The position numbers and the translations under genes are program-made. A DNA stretch of 64,000 nt from Planctomycetota bacterium (GTDB taxonomy: Bacteria > Planctomycetota > UBA8108 > UBA1146). Positions 1 to 9,223 of the stretch are shown piece by piece. Location of the stretch: positions 21,124 through 85,123 of the forward strand of contig JACETR010000001.1 of NCBI GenBank assembly GCA_013911165.1. The letters are read 5' to 3'. The notes beneath the pieces were generated by a model that ran no database searches, was not told the origin of the DNA, and was given only the letters and a program-made list of their open reading frames with translations. Every line of letters begins with the position of its first letter. Position 1 is the stretch's first letter.

Positions 1-1551
1 CCTGAAGGGATGCGCAATCCCAAACTGGAAACCGGCGATGTCGAGGTGATGGCTTCCAGCGCAGAGATCATTGGTGAGTGCCCTCCTTTGCCCTTCAGTC
101 CGGAATCGGGTGATCAGGTCAACGATGAGCTGCGTTTCAGATATCGTTTCATAGACATGCGTCGTGAGGAAGTTCAGCGCAGATTCCGTTTGCGCAGCGA
201 CATGCAGTTTGCCATGCGCCAGTATCTTCATGGTGAGGACTTTCTCGATCTTGAAACTCCCATGTTGACCAAGAGTACGCCTGAGGGGGCTCGGGATTTT
301 CTGGTTCCCAGTCGTCTCAATCCTGGCGAATTCTATGCACTTCCCCAGTCACCACAAATTTTCAAACAGATCTTCATGATCTCCGGGTTTGACCGCTACA
401 TGCAGGTCGTTCGCTGTTTCCGTGACGAAGACCTGCGTGCGGATCGTCAACCCGAGTTCACGCAGTTGGACCTTGAGATGGCATGCATCGAAGAGTCGGA
501 CATCATTGATCTGGTCGAAGGTTTGATGGTGCATGTGGTCAAAGAGGTGCTCGGTCGCGAGATTGAAGGATCCTTCCAGAGGCTCAGTTATTCCGAAGCG
601 ATGCTCTCCTATGGCAGCGATTCTCCCGACCTTCGCAGTGACCTTGTGATCCGTGAGGTTTCCGATCTGGCTGAAGGACTGGAATTCAAGGTCTTCTCCG
701 GGGCGGTCGAGGCAGGGGGTTGCGTACGCGGTATGCGGATTCCCGGAGGCGGTCAGTGGAGTCGCAAGGAAATCGAATCCCTGGAGCCCATCGTGACCCA
801 GCAGGGAGCGGGAGGGCTCGCATGGTTCAAAATGACCGACGACGGTCCCGCCGGACCGGTCTCGAGATTCCTCGGGGGTGATGCGGGTGCAGAACTGATT
901 CAAAGACTGGAGATGGAAGCGGGTGATCTCGCCTGCTTTGTCGCCGACGGCCAAACCCGTGTGGTCGTCAATTCCCTGGGGCAATTACGCAAGGAAGTGG
1001 CCCAGAAATTGGGTCACCTCGATGCCGAGGATCTGAAGTTCTGTTGGGTCGAGGAATTTCCCCTCTTTGACGAGGATGAAGAAAGTGGCCGTCCAACACC
1101 GTGTCACCACCCCTTCACCTGTCCTCACCCGGATGATCTGGACCAGCTGGCGGATGAACCGCTGAAAGTCAGGGCGAGGGCCTACGACCTGGTCCTGAAT
1201 GGTTTCGAGGTCGGTGGAGGCAGTATCCGGATTCATCAGAGGGAACTTCAGGAGCGGGTTTTTGAGGCCATCGGCATTTCTGCCGAGGAGGCAGAGTCCA
1301 AATTCAGCTTCCTGCTGGAGGCCCTCAAATACGGTGCACCACCCCATGGTGGAATTGCACTGGGAATGGACCGATTGGCGATGCTGCTCTCCGGTCTCGA
1401 TACCATCCGGGAGGTGATCGCATTCCCCAAAACCCAGCGCGGAACGTGCCAATTGACGAATGCCCCGGATCCCGTCACAGGAGAGCAATTGGGCGAAGTG
1501 GGTCTTCAGGCCGTCATCCAGCCCGAAAGCCCGGATGAGGACGATTCCTGA
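1..1551 (+). CDS. aspS: aspartyl-tRNA synthetase, 5' end outside window
   Basis: The frame is open from nt 1 (no stop in the first three codons). Class II AspRS motifs are present: 'FYALPQSPQIFKQ', 'FRDEDLRADRQPEFTQLD', 'GGGSIRIH', 'GIALGMDRL'. Confidence 0.93.
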   Translation, partial: PEGMRNPKLETGDVEVMASSAEIIGECPPLPFSPESGDQVNDELRFRYRFIDMRREEVQRRFRLRSDMQFAMRQYLHGEDFLDLETPMLTKSTPEGARDFLVPSRLNPGEFYALPQSPQIFKQIFMISGFDRYMQVVRCFRDEDLRADRQPEFTQLDLEMACIEESDIIDLVEGLMVHVVKEVLGREIEGSFQRLSYSEAMLSYGSDSPDLRSDLVIREVSDLAEGLEFKVFSGAVEAGGCVRGMRIPGGGQWSRKEIESLEPIVTQQGAGGLAWFKMTDDGPAGPVSRFLGGDAGAELIQRLEMEAGDLACFVADGQTRVVVNSLGQLRKEVAQKLGHLDAEDLKFCWVEEFPLFDEDEESGRPTPCHHPFTCPHPDDLDQLADEPLKVRARAYDLVLNGFEVGGGSIRIHQRELQERVFEAIGISAEEAESKFSFLLEALKYGAPPHGGIALGMDRLAMLLSGLDTIREVIAFPKTQRGTCQLTNAPDPVTGEQLGEVGLQAVIQPESPDEDDS

Positions 1552-1795
1552 GTGGGATCGGAGACGGGGCCGAAACCGTTCTCCCTGGTGAGACTCCCCG
1601 GGAAATCGGTGAGTTGATCCTCCGGAATTCGTTGTTTTTCGGTGGTTTGGTGCGAGAATTCGCAGATCCGACTTGCCAGCAGGGGCCCCGACAGTGTATT
1701 CATCGGGGCTTGCCAATGACAGGTTTTTGGAAGGACGGCATGATTTGCCGTAAATCCGGGCAAAGTGAGCCCGGAGAGTGCGTGGCCTGAAGAAC

Positions 1796-1811
1796 AGGAG
1801 TCAGAAACATC
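1796..1811 (+). promoter_or_regulatory. Shine-Dalgarno AGGAG plus probable non-canonical ATC start codon of infC
   Basis: AGGAG at 1796-1800 lies 8 nt upstream of in-frame ATC at 1809. There is no ATG, GTG or TTG in frame between the TGA at 1788-1790 and the GTG at 1890, yet conserved IF-3 N-terminal residues are encoded upstream of 1890. Confidence 0.55.
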
Positions 1812-2318
1812 AGCGAGCAAACGAAATACAGGGTCATCGATCGACCCGGACCCGGAGAGGTTCGCCTGATCGATGAAGAGGGTCAACAAGTGGGAGTTCT
1901 GGGAAGATCCGAGGCACTCGATCTTGCCACAGACCGTGATCTTGATCTGGTGGAATTGAACCCGAACACCGATCCGCCCCTGTGCAAACTGATGGACTAC
2001 GGCAAATTCAAGTACGACCAGTCCAAGAATGCGAAGCAGACCCAAAAGGTCCGCAAGGTGAAAGAAGTCAAACTGCGCCCGAAGACGGAGAAACATGATT
2101 TCGACGTCAAGCTGAAAAGAGCGCGCAAGTTTATCGAAGAGGGCCACAAGGTTCTCGTGACGATGGTTTACCGGGGACGCGAACAGCGTCATCCCGAGAT
2201 CGGTCGCGAAGTGCTGCTGCGCTTCTTCGAGGAGATGGAAGACCTGGCAAAAATGGAACGGGAGCCTTTGCAGGAAGCCCGTAACCGTATGGCCATGGTT
2301 CTGGCGAAAAAGAAGTAA
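1809..2318 (+). CDS. infC: translation initiation factor IF-3
   Basis: 'EVRLIDEEGQQVGVL', 'DLDLVELNPNTDPPLCKLMDYGKFKY' and 'VKEVKLRPKTEKHDFDVKL' match IF-3. It lies upstream of rpmI-rplT as in the classical cluster. The 5' end was extended beyond the ORF-track GTG at 1890; the exact start is uncertain. Confidence 0.9.
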   Translation: MSEQTKYRVIDRPGPGEVRLIDEEGQQVGVLGRSEALDLATDRDLDLVELNPNTDPPLCKLMDYGKFKYDQSKNAKQTQKVRKVKEVKLRPKTEKHDFDVKLKRARKFIEEGHKVLVTMVYRGREQRHPEIGREVLLRFFEEMEDLAKMEREPLQEARNRMAMVLAKKK

Positions 2319-2377
2319 AACCCCTTCAGAGGGGTGACAGTATATCCCGCTGAGGGATGACATGGAAAAGGGGACTC

Positions 2378-2587
2378 GTGCCCAGGAAAACTCACAAGCC
2401 TCACAAGGGGCTGCAGAAACGTGTCAAATTGACGGGAACCGGCAAGGTCAAGCGTCACCGTGCAGGCAAAAGCCACCGCATGTCGCGCAGGTCCTGGACT
2501 GCTACCCGAGTTCGTCGCGGTCGTCGCGCCGAAATTTGCCCGTCCTGTGACGAAAAAGTGATCAAGGCACTCCTCGGCCTCGGCTAG
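2378..2587 (+). CDS. rpmI: 50S ribosomal protein L35
   Basis: From GTG 2378 the product reads 'PRKTHKPHKGLQKRVKLTGTGKVKRHRAGKSH', a typical L35 N-terminus. The ORF-track ATG at 2357 would add a non-conserved extension. Confidence 0.88.
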   Translation: MPRKTHKPHKGLQKRVKLTGTGKVKRHRAGKSHRMSRRSWTATRVRRGRRAEICPSCDEKVIKALLGLG

Positions 2588-2687
2588 GAGTATTTACACG
2601 CCTTCCCGGCGTAACAACCGGCGATAGCGGGGATTGAAAAGTGGGACAGAAGCCCCTCCCGTCGTCGTCCTTTGGAAAGGGAAACAC

Positions 2688-3044
2688 ATGCCACGCGTAC
2701 GCTATGGCGTCGCCCGCCACCGCAAGCAAAAGCGGATCCTCAAGAAAGCACGGGGATTCTTCGGAGCTGGCAGCCGCCAGTACAGAACCGCCCGCCAGTC
2801 GATCGTCCGCTCTGAGGTCTTCGCAACCCGCGACCGCAGAAATCGCAAAAGGATGTATCGCCGTTTGTGGATCACCCGGATTTCCGCAGCCTGTCAAGGG
2901 ACTGACCTTTCTTACAGCCGTTTCATTCACGGTCTGAAGAAAGCCAATGTCGACCTTGACCGGAAGATGATTTCCGAGTTGGCAATTCGCAATCCTGAAG
3001 CCTTCTCCTCTTTGGTGGGCATTGCCCGCGGCGCTCTTTCATGA
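2688..3044 (+). CDS. rplT: 50S ribosomal protein L20
   Basis: 'MPRVRYGVARHRKQKRILKKARGF..RNRKRMYRRLWITRI' matches L20. The internal ATG at 2688 was chosen over the ORF-track start at 2634. Confidence 0.92.
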   Translation: MPRVRYGVARHRKQKRILKKARGFFGAGSRQYRTARQSIVRSEVFATRDRRNRKRMYRRLWITRISAACQGTDLSYSRFIHGLKKANVDLDRKMISELAIRNPEAFSSLVGIARGALS

Positions 3045-4048
3045 GCCAAGACGGGTCCTTTTCGGATCTGGATGCCATTGAGAAAGATGCCCTGGCTGCC
3101 GTCGAGGCTGCCGGGGATGCGGAAGCCCTCGACCAGGTCCGGATTCAGGTTCTGGGAAAAAAGGGCTCCCTCAAACAGATACTTCGCAATCTGGGCGGCC
3201 TGACCCCTGAAGAGCGTCCACTCTTCGGGGCTCGTGCCAATGTGGTCAAGGAAAAGGTCCAGGCTGCTCTCGATGAAGCGAAGTCCCGGCTGGGCTCTCC
3301 CGCCAAACAGGGGGTGGGCAATTCTTCAGCAACGGAGGACCTCACTCTTCCCGGCCTGATGCCGCAAAGGGGCAGTCGTCACCCGGTCAGACTGGTCATG
3401 GCCAGAATGAGCCGCATCTTTGCCAGTCTCGGCTTTGAAGTGGCGGATGGTCCCGAGGTCGAAGACGAGTGGCACAACTTTACGGGTTTGAATATTCCTG
3501 CGGATCACATCGCACGGGATCCCTCGGAAAACTTCTTTCTGACAGATGACCTGTTGATGAGAAGCCAGACCTCGACTGTTCAGGTTCGGGTCATGGAAAA
3601 TTCCCAGCCACCCTTGCGTATCATTTCTCCGGGCAAGGTTTTTCGCCCGGACGAGGTGGACGCTACTCACCATTACATGTTTCACCAGCTGGAAGGTCTT
3701 GTCGTCGATGAGGGAATGACGTTTGGTCATCTGAAAACGACCCTGCTGACCTTTTTCCAGCAACTCCTGCAGGACGAAAACATGAAATTGCGCCTGCGTC
3801 CTTCTTTCTTTCCATTCACAGAACCCAGTGCTGAAGTGGATCTCTGGTGGAGGGGGAAATGGATGGAGATGGGCGGTTGCGGGATGGTGGATCCGAATGT
3901 ACTGGAGGCGGTCAATATTGACCCCGAGAAGTACACCGGATTTGCATTCGGTTTGGGAGTCGAACGGGTGACGATGGCTTCCTACAACATTCCGGATATT
4001 CGCTACTTCACTGAAAATGACGTCAGGTTTCTCAGGCAGTTCTCCTGA
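3041..4048 (+). CDS. pheS: phenylalanyl-tRNA synthetase alpha subunit
   Basis: 335 aa. 'FRPDEVDATHHYMFHQLEG', 'FFPFTEPSAEVD' and 'GFAFGLGVERV' are class II PheS motifs. A 4-nt overlap links it to rplT. Confidence 0.94.
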   Translation: MSQDGSFSDLDAIEKDALAAVEAAGDAEALDQVRIQVLGKKGSLKQILRNLGGLTPEERPLFGARANVVKEKVQAALDEAKSRLGSPAKQGVGNSSATEDLTLPGLMPQRGSRHPVRLVMARMSRIFASLGFEVADGPEVEDEWHNFTGLNIPADHIARDPSENFFLTDDLLMRSQTSTVQVRVMENSQPPLRIISPGKVFRPDEVDATHHYMFHQLEGLVVDEGMTFGHLKTTLLTFFQQLLQDENMKLRLRPSFFPFTEPSAEVDLWWRGKWMEMGGCGMVDPNVLEAVNIDPEKYTGFAFGLGVERVTMASYNIPDIRYFTENDVRFLRQFS

Positions 4049-4083
4049 CGGGATGACTGCCCATTGTTCACAAGGGGACTGAG

Positions 4084-6144
4084 ATGAAGGTATCTGTCGA
4101 CTGGCTCCGCGATCACGTGGATTTCAATCTCAAGATTGAGGAACTGTCCCACCTGCTGACGATGTGTGGCCTCAACTGTGAGGGCATTGAGGAGCATGGA
4201 GATGACCATGTTCTTGAGTTGGAGGTGACCTCCAATCGTCCGGATCATCTGGGACACCGGGGAGTCGCCAGAGAGCTCTCCTGTCTTCTGAAAGTTCCTC
4301 TCAAACCCCTGGATCTGGATTTTGATACCGTAGAAGCCACCGCTTCCGGGCTCACTCTCGATGAAGTCGCCAGCATTGTCATCGATGACGAAGAGCGATG
4401 TGGGCGGTACACCGCTCGTGTCGCAGAAGGATTGAAAATCTCGGAGAGCCCGGATTGGATTCGTCGTCGACTTGAGGCGATCGGACTGCGTCCGATCAAT
4501 CTGGTGGTCGATCTGACCAACTATGTCCTGATGGATTTGGGGCAGCCTCTGCACACCTTCGACCTGGACCGTCTGGAGGGTGGTGAGGTGATCGTCCGCA
4601 GAGCCCAGAGAATGGAGAAGTTCTCTGCCATCGATGGCTCAGACCATGAATTGGACAGCGAAGATCTGGTGATTGCAGATCAAGCAGGCACAGCAGCTCT
4701 CGCCGGAATCATGGGTGGAACCCGAACAGAGGTTCACGAGGGGACTCAGCGAATCCTTCTCGAATCAGCCTGGTTTGAGCCCGTTCCGGTTCGCTCGTCT
4801 TCGCGCCGTTTGATTCTTGCTTCTGATTCCTCCTACCGCTTTGAGCGCAGGTTGGATGTGGAAGCGTGTGAAATCGCTTCTCGGCGTTTCATGCATCTGC
4901 TGGCCCGGGAGTCAGAGTGTTCGATCCTCTCGGGTTGTCTTGAGGTCGTCCGCGACGGACTCCTCGATCAGGCCGAGGCGATCGCAATTCGTCCGCAGCG
5001 AGCCTCCAGCCTTCTCGGTGATGTCATTCCCGAAGGGGAGATCTCTTCCATCCTGTCTGCTCTTGGATTCACCACTCAAGGATCCGACGATGCGGGCCCC
5101 TGGACTCCGCCAACTTGGAGAGTGGATTGTTCTCGTGAAGCGGACCTGATTGAAGAAATCGGCCGAATCCGCGGACTCGATCAGATGGATGATCGACGAA
5201 TGGAAGTACGAGCAGTCCCGGAGAATGCCAGGGCTGACAAGATTGAACGGGTCCATGAGTACCTTGTCGGTGCCAGTTACCATGAGGCGATGACCATCTC
5301 ATTTGGTGTGGCCGAAGGGGACTTTCAGTCCATCGAGAATTGGTGGAATCTCGGAGAGCATTGGGTCGTTCGAAATCCGATCCGTGCCAATGAAGGATCC
5401 CTCAGGAAAAGCCTGATTCCAGGATTGCTCACCAGCGTCCGTGGCAACCGGACCCATGGAGTGGACGAAGTGCGTCTCTTTGAGGTCGCCAACGTGTTTC
5501 ATCGCAGGGACGGAGTCGACAGGCCAGTGGAGAAGAACCACGTCGCCTGGGTCCTCTCTCGGGCCCAGGAAGAGAAGAATCTCCAGAGTTATCGAGAGGT
5601 CCGCGGCGTCGCCGATGGCATTCTCGACCTTTTGAGAGTCGCCGAGTCCGGCCCGCTGACACCGTCGTGGAGCCCCGTGGGTGATGGAGCCGGATTCGTT
5701 CCGGGATCCACCGCTGCCCTCAGCTTTTCAGGGGAACAGATCGGTCTTGTCGGCAGGATCGACGTCGACGATCTCGGCGGGGAAACCTGGTACGGGGAGT
5801 TGGATCTCGGATACCTGTTGGATCAATCCATCGAGGACGTCAGATTCAGTGAGTTTTCCCGGCACCCCGTGATCACTCGGGATTTAAACTTTGTTGTATC
5901 GGATGAGGTTCTTTGGCGTGATCTCTCCTCTGAAATCGACGCCGCTTCTCTGGAGCATCTCGAGTCTCGAAGGTTTATCGACATGTACCGGGGAAAGCAG
6001 GTTGGTCAGGGGCGCAAAAGTATGACCTTTTCACTGACTTTCCGCGCCGCAGATCGGACCCTGACCCACGAGGAGATCGATCAGTCGGTCGAAAAACTGG
6101 TTGGCAGGTTGGGTGAGAAGCTTCAGGCAGAACTGCGAAGCTGA
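4084..6144 (+). CDS. pheT: phenylalanyl-tRNA synthetase beta subunit (short form without the N-terminal OB/tRNA-binding insert)
   Basis: 686 aa. The N-terminus 'MKVSVDWLRDHV..' runs directly into 'LELEVTSNRPDHLGHRGVAREL'. B3/4, B5 and the C-terminal anticodon-binding-like regions are present ('RDLNFVV', 'FIDMYRGKQVGQGRKSMTFSLTFR'). Confidence 0.92.
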   Translation: MKVSVDWLRDHVDFNLKIEELSHLLTMCGLNCEGIEEHGDDHVLELEVTSNRPDHLGHRGVARELSCLLKVPLKPLDLDFDTVEATASGLTLDEVASIVIDDEERCGRYTARVAEGLKISESPDWIRRRLEAIGLRPINLVVDLTNYVLMDLGQPLHTFDLDRLEGGEVIVRRAQRMEKFSAIDGSDHELDSEDLVIADQAGTAALAGIMGGTRTEVHEGTQRILLESAWFEPVPVRSSSRRLILASDSSYRFERRLDVEACEIASRRFMHLLARESECSILSGCLEVVRDGLLDQAEAIAIRPQRASSLLGDVIPEGEISSILSALGFTTQGSDDAGPWTPPTWRVDCSREADLIEEIGRIRGLDQMDDRRMEVRAVPENARADKIERVHEYLVGASYHEAMTISFGVAEGDFQSIENWWNLGEHWVVRNPIRANEGSLRKSLIPGLLTSVRGNRTHGVDEVRLFEVANVFHRRDGVDRPVEKNHVAWVLSRAQEEKNLQSYREVRGVADGILDLLRVAESGPLTPSWSPVGDGAGFVPGSTAALSFSGEQIGLVGRIDVDDLGGETWYGELDLGYLLDQSIEDVRFSEFSRHPVITRDLNFVVSDEVLWRDLSSEIDAASLEHLESRRFIDMYRGKQVGQGRKSMTFSLTFRAADRTLTHEEIDQSVEKLVGRLGEKLQAELRS

Positions 6145-6276
6145 CCAAATCACTCAGGTCTGGATGTCCCGTCTGATCGTCGTCGACGAGGTATCTCCGA
6201 GCAGTTGGTCCTCATCGAACCCATCATCAATCAACGTATCAGCAATCACTTCTGTGTGCTGACTCGGCGCCGGGTT

Positions 6277-7518
6277 TTATTCCTGGATGACCACTCGAGT
6301 TCCGCTGCGAATCCATGGGTAAATTGTTGTGACGTCTTCGTTGCGTAAACGAACACAACCTTCTGAGCACAGGGTTCCGATGGATTTCGGATCGTCGGTG
6401 CCATGAATACCCAGGCCGAAGTGAACACCGTCCTTGAAGCCGATCCAACGATCACCCAGAGGATTTCCAGGTTCCCCATAGGGAATCGACGGACGACCAT
6501 CCCGCGGTTGCCACATCGGTTCCTTCTGGCGGATTCCGACGACAAACTCGCCAGTGGGAGTTCTCTTTTCAATACGGCCGTGGCCAACAGGGAATCCCAT
6601 CAACCAGCGACCATCCAGATAAACGTCGATACGGAAATCGCTCTTGTCCACGTTGACAGTGACTTCGCCGTTGAGAATCTTGAGTTTCTGTCCGGGATGA
6701 ATGACATCGCTATTGAGACCGTTCAGACTTTTCAGAGCGTCGACGGTGGTTTTGTTTCGCTGGGCAATAACTGAAAGGCTGTCTCCGGACATGACGGTGT
6801 CAAACGTGGAGACTTCGGGAAACTCTTTGGAGGACAACACCCACTGATCGACCAGATTCCACAACTTTGAGCGGAGTGGGGCCTTTGATTCAAGGTCGGA
6901 CGCATTGATGTAGGCCGAGGTCAACATTTCCCAGGTTGCCAGAGCCGACTTGGAATCTGAGGTGCCGTATTGATCTGCGAGGATTTCTGCAGAAAGGCCG
7001 TAGCCGGGAGCGCTTGGACCGTTGCTGTGAATCTCCTGAGCGAGTTGGATCAATGCGTCACCGGAAACCTCTCCCAACATCAATCTTCGTGCTTCTGCTG
7101 CGGCGGCACTGTCGGGAGCTTGAGCAAGAAGGGTTTTAAGGTTTCCCCGGCCTTCACCAATCAATGCCGGCTTGTTCGTCGAGAGGAGCAGTTCACTCAA
7201 CTTGACGAGGTTTTCCGGAGTGTTGAATCGGGCAATCTCTTCTCGAAGCATGAGGATCTCACGATCGAGGGGGCTCATGGTTGCGCTGGCTTCTTCCCCT
7301 GATGGATTCGGCATTGTTGCTTCGACGTTAGTGGATGGGGTGGTGCCACCGGAGGAGGTCGTATCAGTAGTACCTGTGCCGCCGGAAGAGGTTCCGGAGA
7401 CGGCTTCACTGGGAGTGCCGGTTGCCGAAGGCTCGGGAGTGGTCGGATTACCGGTCCATTGGGAGTAAGCCCACCAGATGCCACTACCGATGATTGCAAT
7501 CAGGATAAAGTTGCGCAT
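6277..7518 (-). CDS. membrane-anchored LysM / YkuD L,D-transpeptidase-domain protein
   Basis: N-terminal TM helix, then a Ser/Thr/Gly/Pro-rich linker. LysM segment 'SGDSLSVIAQRNKTTVDALKSLNGL'. YkuD catalytic motif 'GIHGTDDPKSIGTLCSEGCVRLRNEDV'. Confidence 0.85.
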   Translation of the reverse strand: MRNFILIAIIGSGIWWAYSQWTGNPTTPEPSATGTPSEAVSGTSSGGTGTTDTTSSGGTTPSTNVEATMPNPSGEEASATMSPLDREILMLREEIARFNTPENLVKLSELLLSTNKPALIGEGRGNLKTLLAQAPDSAAAAEARRLMLGEVSGDALIQLAQEIHSNGPSAPGYGLSAEILADQYGTSDSKSALATWEMLTSAYINASDLESKAPLRSKLWNLVDQWVLSSKEFPEVSTFDTVMSGDSLSVIAQRNKTTVDALKSLNGLNSDVIHPGQKLKILNGEVTVNVDKSDFRIDVYLDGRWLMGFPVGHGRIEKRTPTGEFVVGIRQKEPMWQPRDGRPSIPYGEPGNPLGDRWIGFKDGVHFGLGIHGTDDPKSIGTLCSEGCVRLRNEDVTTIYPWIRSGTRVVIQE

Positions 7519-7741
7519 TTGTTTTCCCCCAGGATCAGGTCTTTTCTTTCCGCAAAACGCGGTGAATCGACGATCCGTTCCTCTGATTCATACATTTCCA
7601 ACGGGATTTCACTGCTCGTATCGGGCAGGACTCACTGGAGTGAGTTTCCGTTCCAGCGAGCGGCAAAATTCTGCCCCGTCAAATCCGACTCAAACGGCAT
7701 TCTAGATCGCCTGTGGCGGTGAAGCCATAGGTGAGATCTGA

Positions 7742-9217
7742 TCAGCCGAGAATCGTCTCTACCGAAATCCGCGACAACTCAATGAGCCAGTCGGGGAAGA
7801 TTCCGAAGACGATGGTGGCGATTCCGCAGGCCCCGACCGTGAATTGAACTCCCCAGGGAGCGGGGATCAGATCGAAGGAGGATCGCGGGTCTCTGAACCA
7901 CATCGCAACGATGGGCCTCAGGTAGTAATAAACGCTCACCAGTGAAGTCAGGATTCCGATGATCGCAAGTTGGACAAATCCGGCACCGATCGCATCGCTG
8001 AAGATCATCAACTTGCCGATGAAGCCCGCAGTCAGCGGGATTCCTGCGAGAGAGATCAGGGCGACAGTAAAGCCGAGAGCCAACAGAGGCCTGCTTTTGG
8101 CGAGTCCATTGAGGTCACCCAGTTGATCCTTGTCTGTGGCCTTGCTGAGGGCTGTAAGAACCCCGAAAGCGGCCAGTGTGGTTCCAGCGTAGGCGCACAG
8201 ATAAAACGGTAATGAAGCCCCGATGAGAATGTCGTCTCCGGAGAGGGCGACAATCAGTGGGATCATCAGATATCCACTGTGGGCGATACCGGAATAGGCC
8301 AGCATTCTCTTGAGACTTTGCTGATTCAGGGCGGCGAGATTGCCGAGGATCATCGTCACGATGGAAAGAGCGATCAGGATCTGGTCCATGTAGGCTCCTC
8401 CACCGGTGTGATAGAGGAAGCGGCAAAGAGCGAAGAAGCTGGAAGCTTTGACGGCGACGGCCATCCAGCCCACGGCGAGAATCGGGGCTCCCTGGTAGAC
8501 ATCCGGAACCCACGAGTGGAACGGGACCACGCCAACCTTGAAGGCGAATCCGATGAGGACCAACAGGGCACCGACAGCAAAGAGAGCGTCGTCACTGGCT
8601 CCGGCAGCGGCAATGGCACTGAATGAGAGAGAAGCTCCACTCAGGCCATAAATGATCGCCATTCCGAGAAGAAGGAATCCGCTCGAGAATGCACCCATCA
8701 CGAAGTATTTGAATGCGCCCTCACTCGCGGCCTTTTGCTGTCGGAAGAATCCTGCAAGGACGTAGACAGCAAGAGAGAGGGTTTCAATGGCGACAAACAT
8801 GGAGACCAGGTTGGTGGATTGGCACAACAGGACCATGGCACCAGCACTGAAACTGACCAGGGCGTGGAACTCTGCCCGATTGTTTCCGCTACTGGAGAGA
8901 TATCCACCCGCCATCAGGGTGCAGAAAAGGCTGGTGACGATGATCACTCCAGCGCCCAGGCGACCAAAGAGGTCGTCGGTCATGGCTCCGGCGTAGAGCT
9001 CACCAGTGGAGGCGGCTGTACCCTGCACGAAGAGGGAGGCCAGTGCCACCAGGGCTCCGGTCGCACCAATCATCGCCAAATGGGTTTTTTCCTGGCGTGA
9101 AGTCTTGTTGGGGTCCCCAAGGTCTGACAACAGTTGAATCAGACCTGTGATAAACAGGGCTCCAGCAGGAAGGACAGCGAGGATCTCAGCTTTTGAGAGG
9201 GTCAATGGTTCCATCAT
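7742..9217 (-). CDS. nuoN: NADH-quinone oxidoreductase subunit N
   Basis: 491-aa polytopic antiporter-like protein and the last gene of a contiguous nuoA-N series. Confidence 0.9.
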   Translation of the reverse strand: MMEPLTLSKAEILAVLPAGALFITGLIQLLSDLGDPNKTSRQEKTHLAMIGATGALVALASLFVQGTAASTGELYAGAMTDDLFGRLGAGVIIVTSLFCTLMAGGYLSSSGNNRAEFHALVSFSAGAMVLLCQSTNLVSMFVAIETLSLAVYVLAGFFRQQKAASEGAFKYFVMGAFSSGFLLLGMAIIYGLSGASLSFSAIAAAGASDDALFAVGALLVLIGFAFKVGVVPFHSWVPDVYQGAPILAVGWMAVAVKASSFFALCRFLYHTGGGAYMDQILIALSIVTMILGNLAALNQQSLKRMLAYSGIAHSGYLMIPLIVALSGDDILIGASLPFYLCAYAGTTLAAFGVLTALSKATDKDQLGDLNGLAKSRPLLALGFTVALISLAGIPLTAGFIGKLMIFSDAIGAGFVQLAIIGILTSLVSVYYYLRPIVAMWFRDPRSSFDLIPAPWGVQFTVGACGIATIVFGIFPDWLIELSRISVETILG

Positions 9218-9223
9218 GACTCC

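Noticed and set aside
6180-6189. Perfect 10-bp palindrome TCGTCGACGA in the pheT/L,D-transpeptidase convergent spacer.
   Set aside because: It has no loop and no flanking T-run, so it is not a terminator hairpin. A single short palindrome is expected by chance in GC-rich DNA.
7630-7645. Hairpin ACTCAC-tgga-GTGAGT between nuoN and the L,D-transpeptidase gene.
   Set aside because: The stem is only 6 bp and there is no T-run on the transcribed (minus) strand. That is insufficient to call a terminator.
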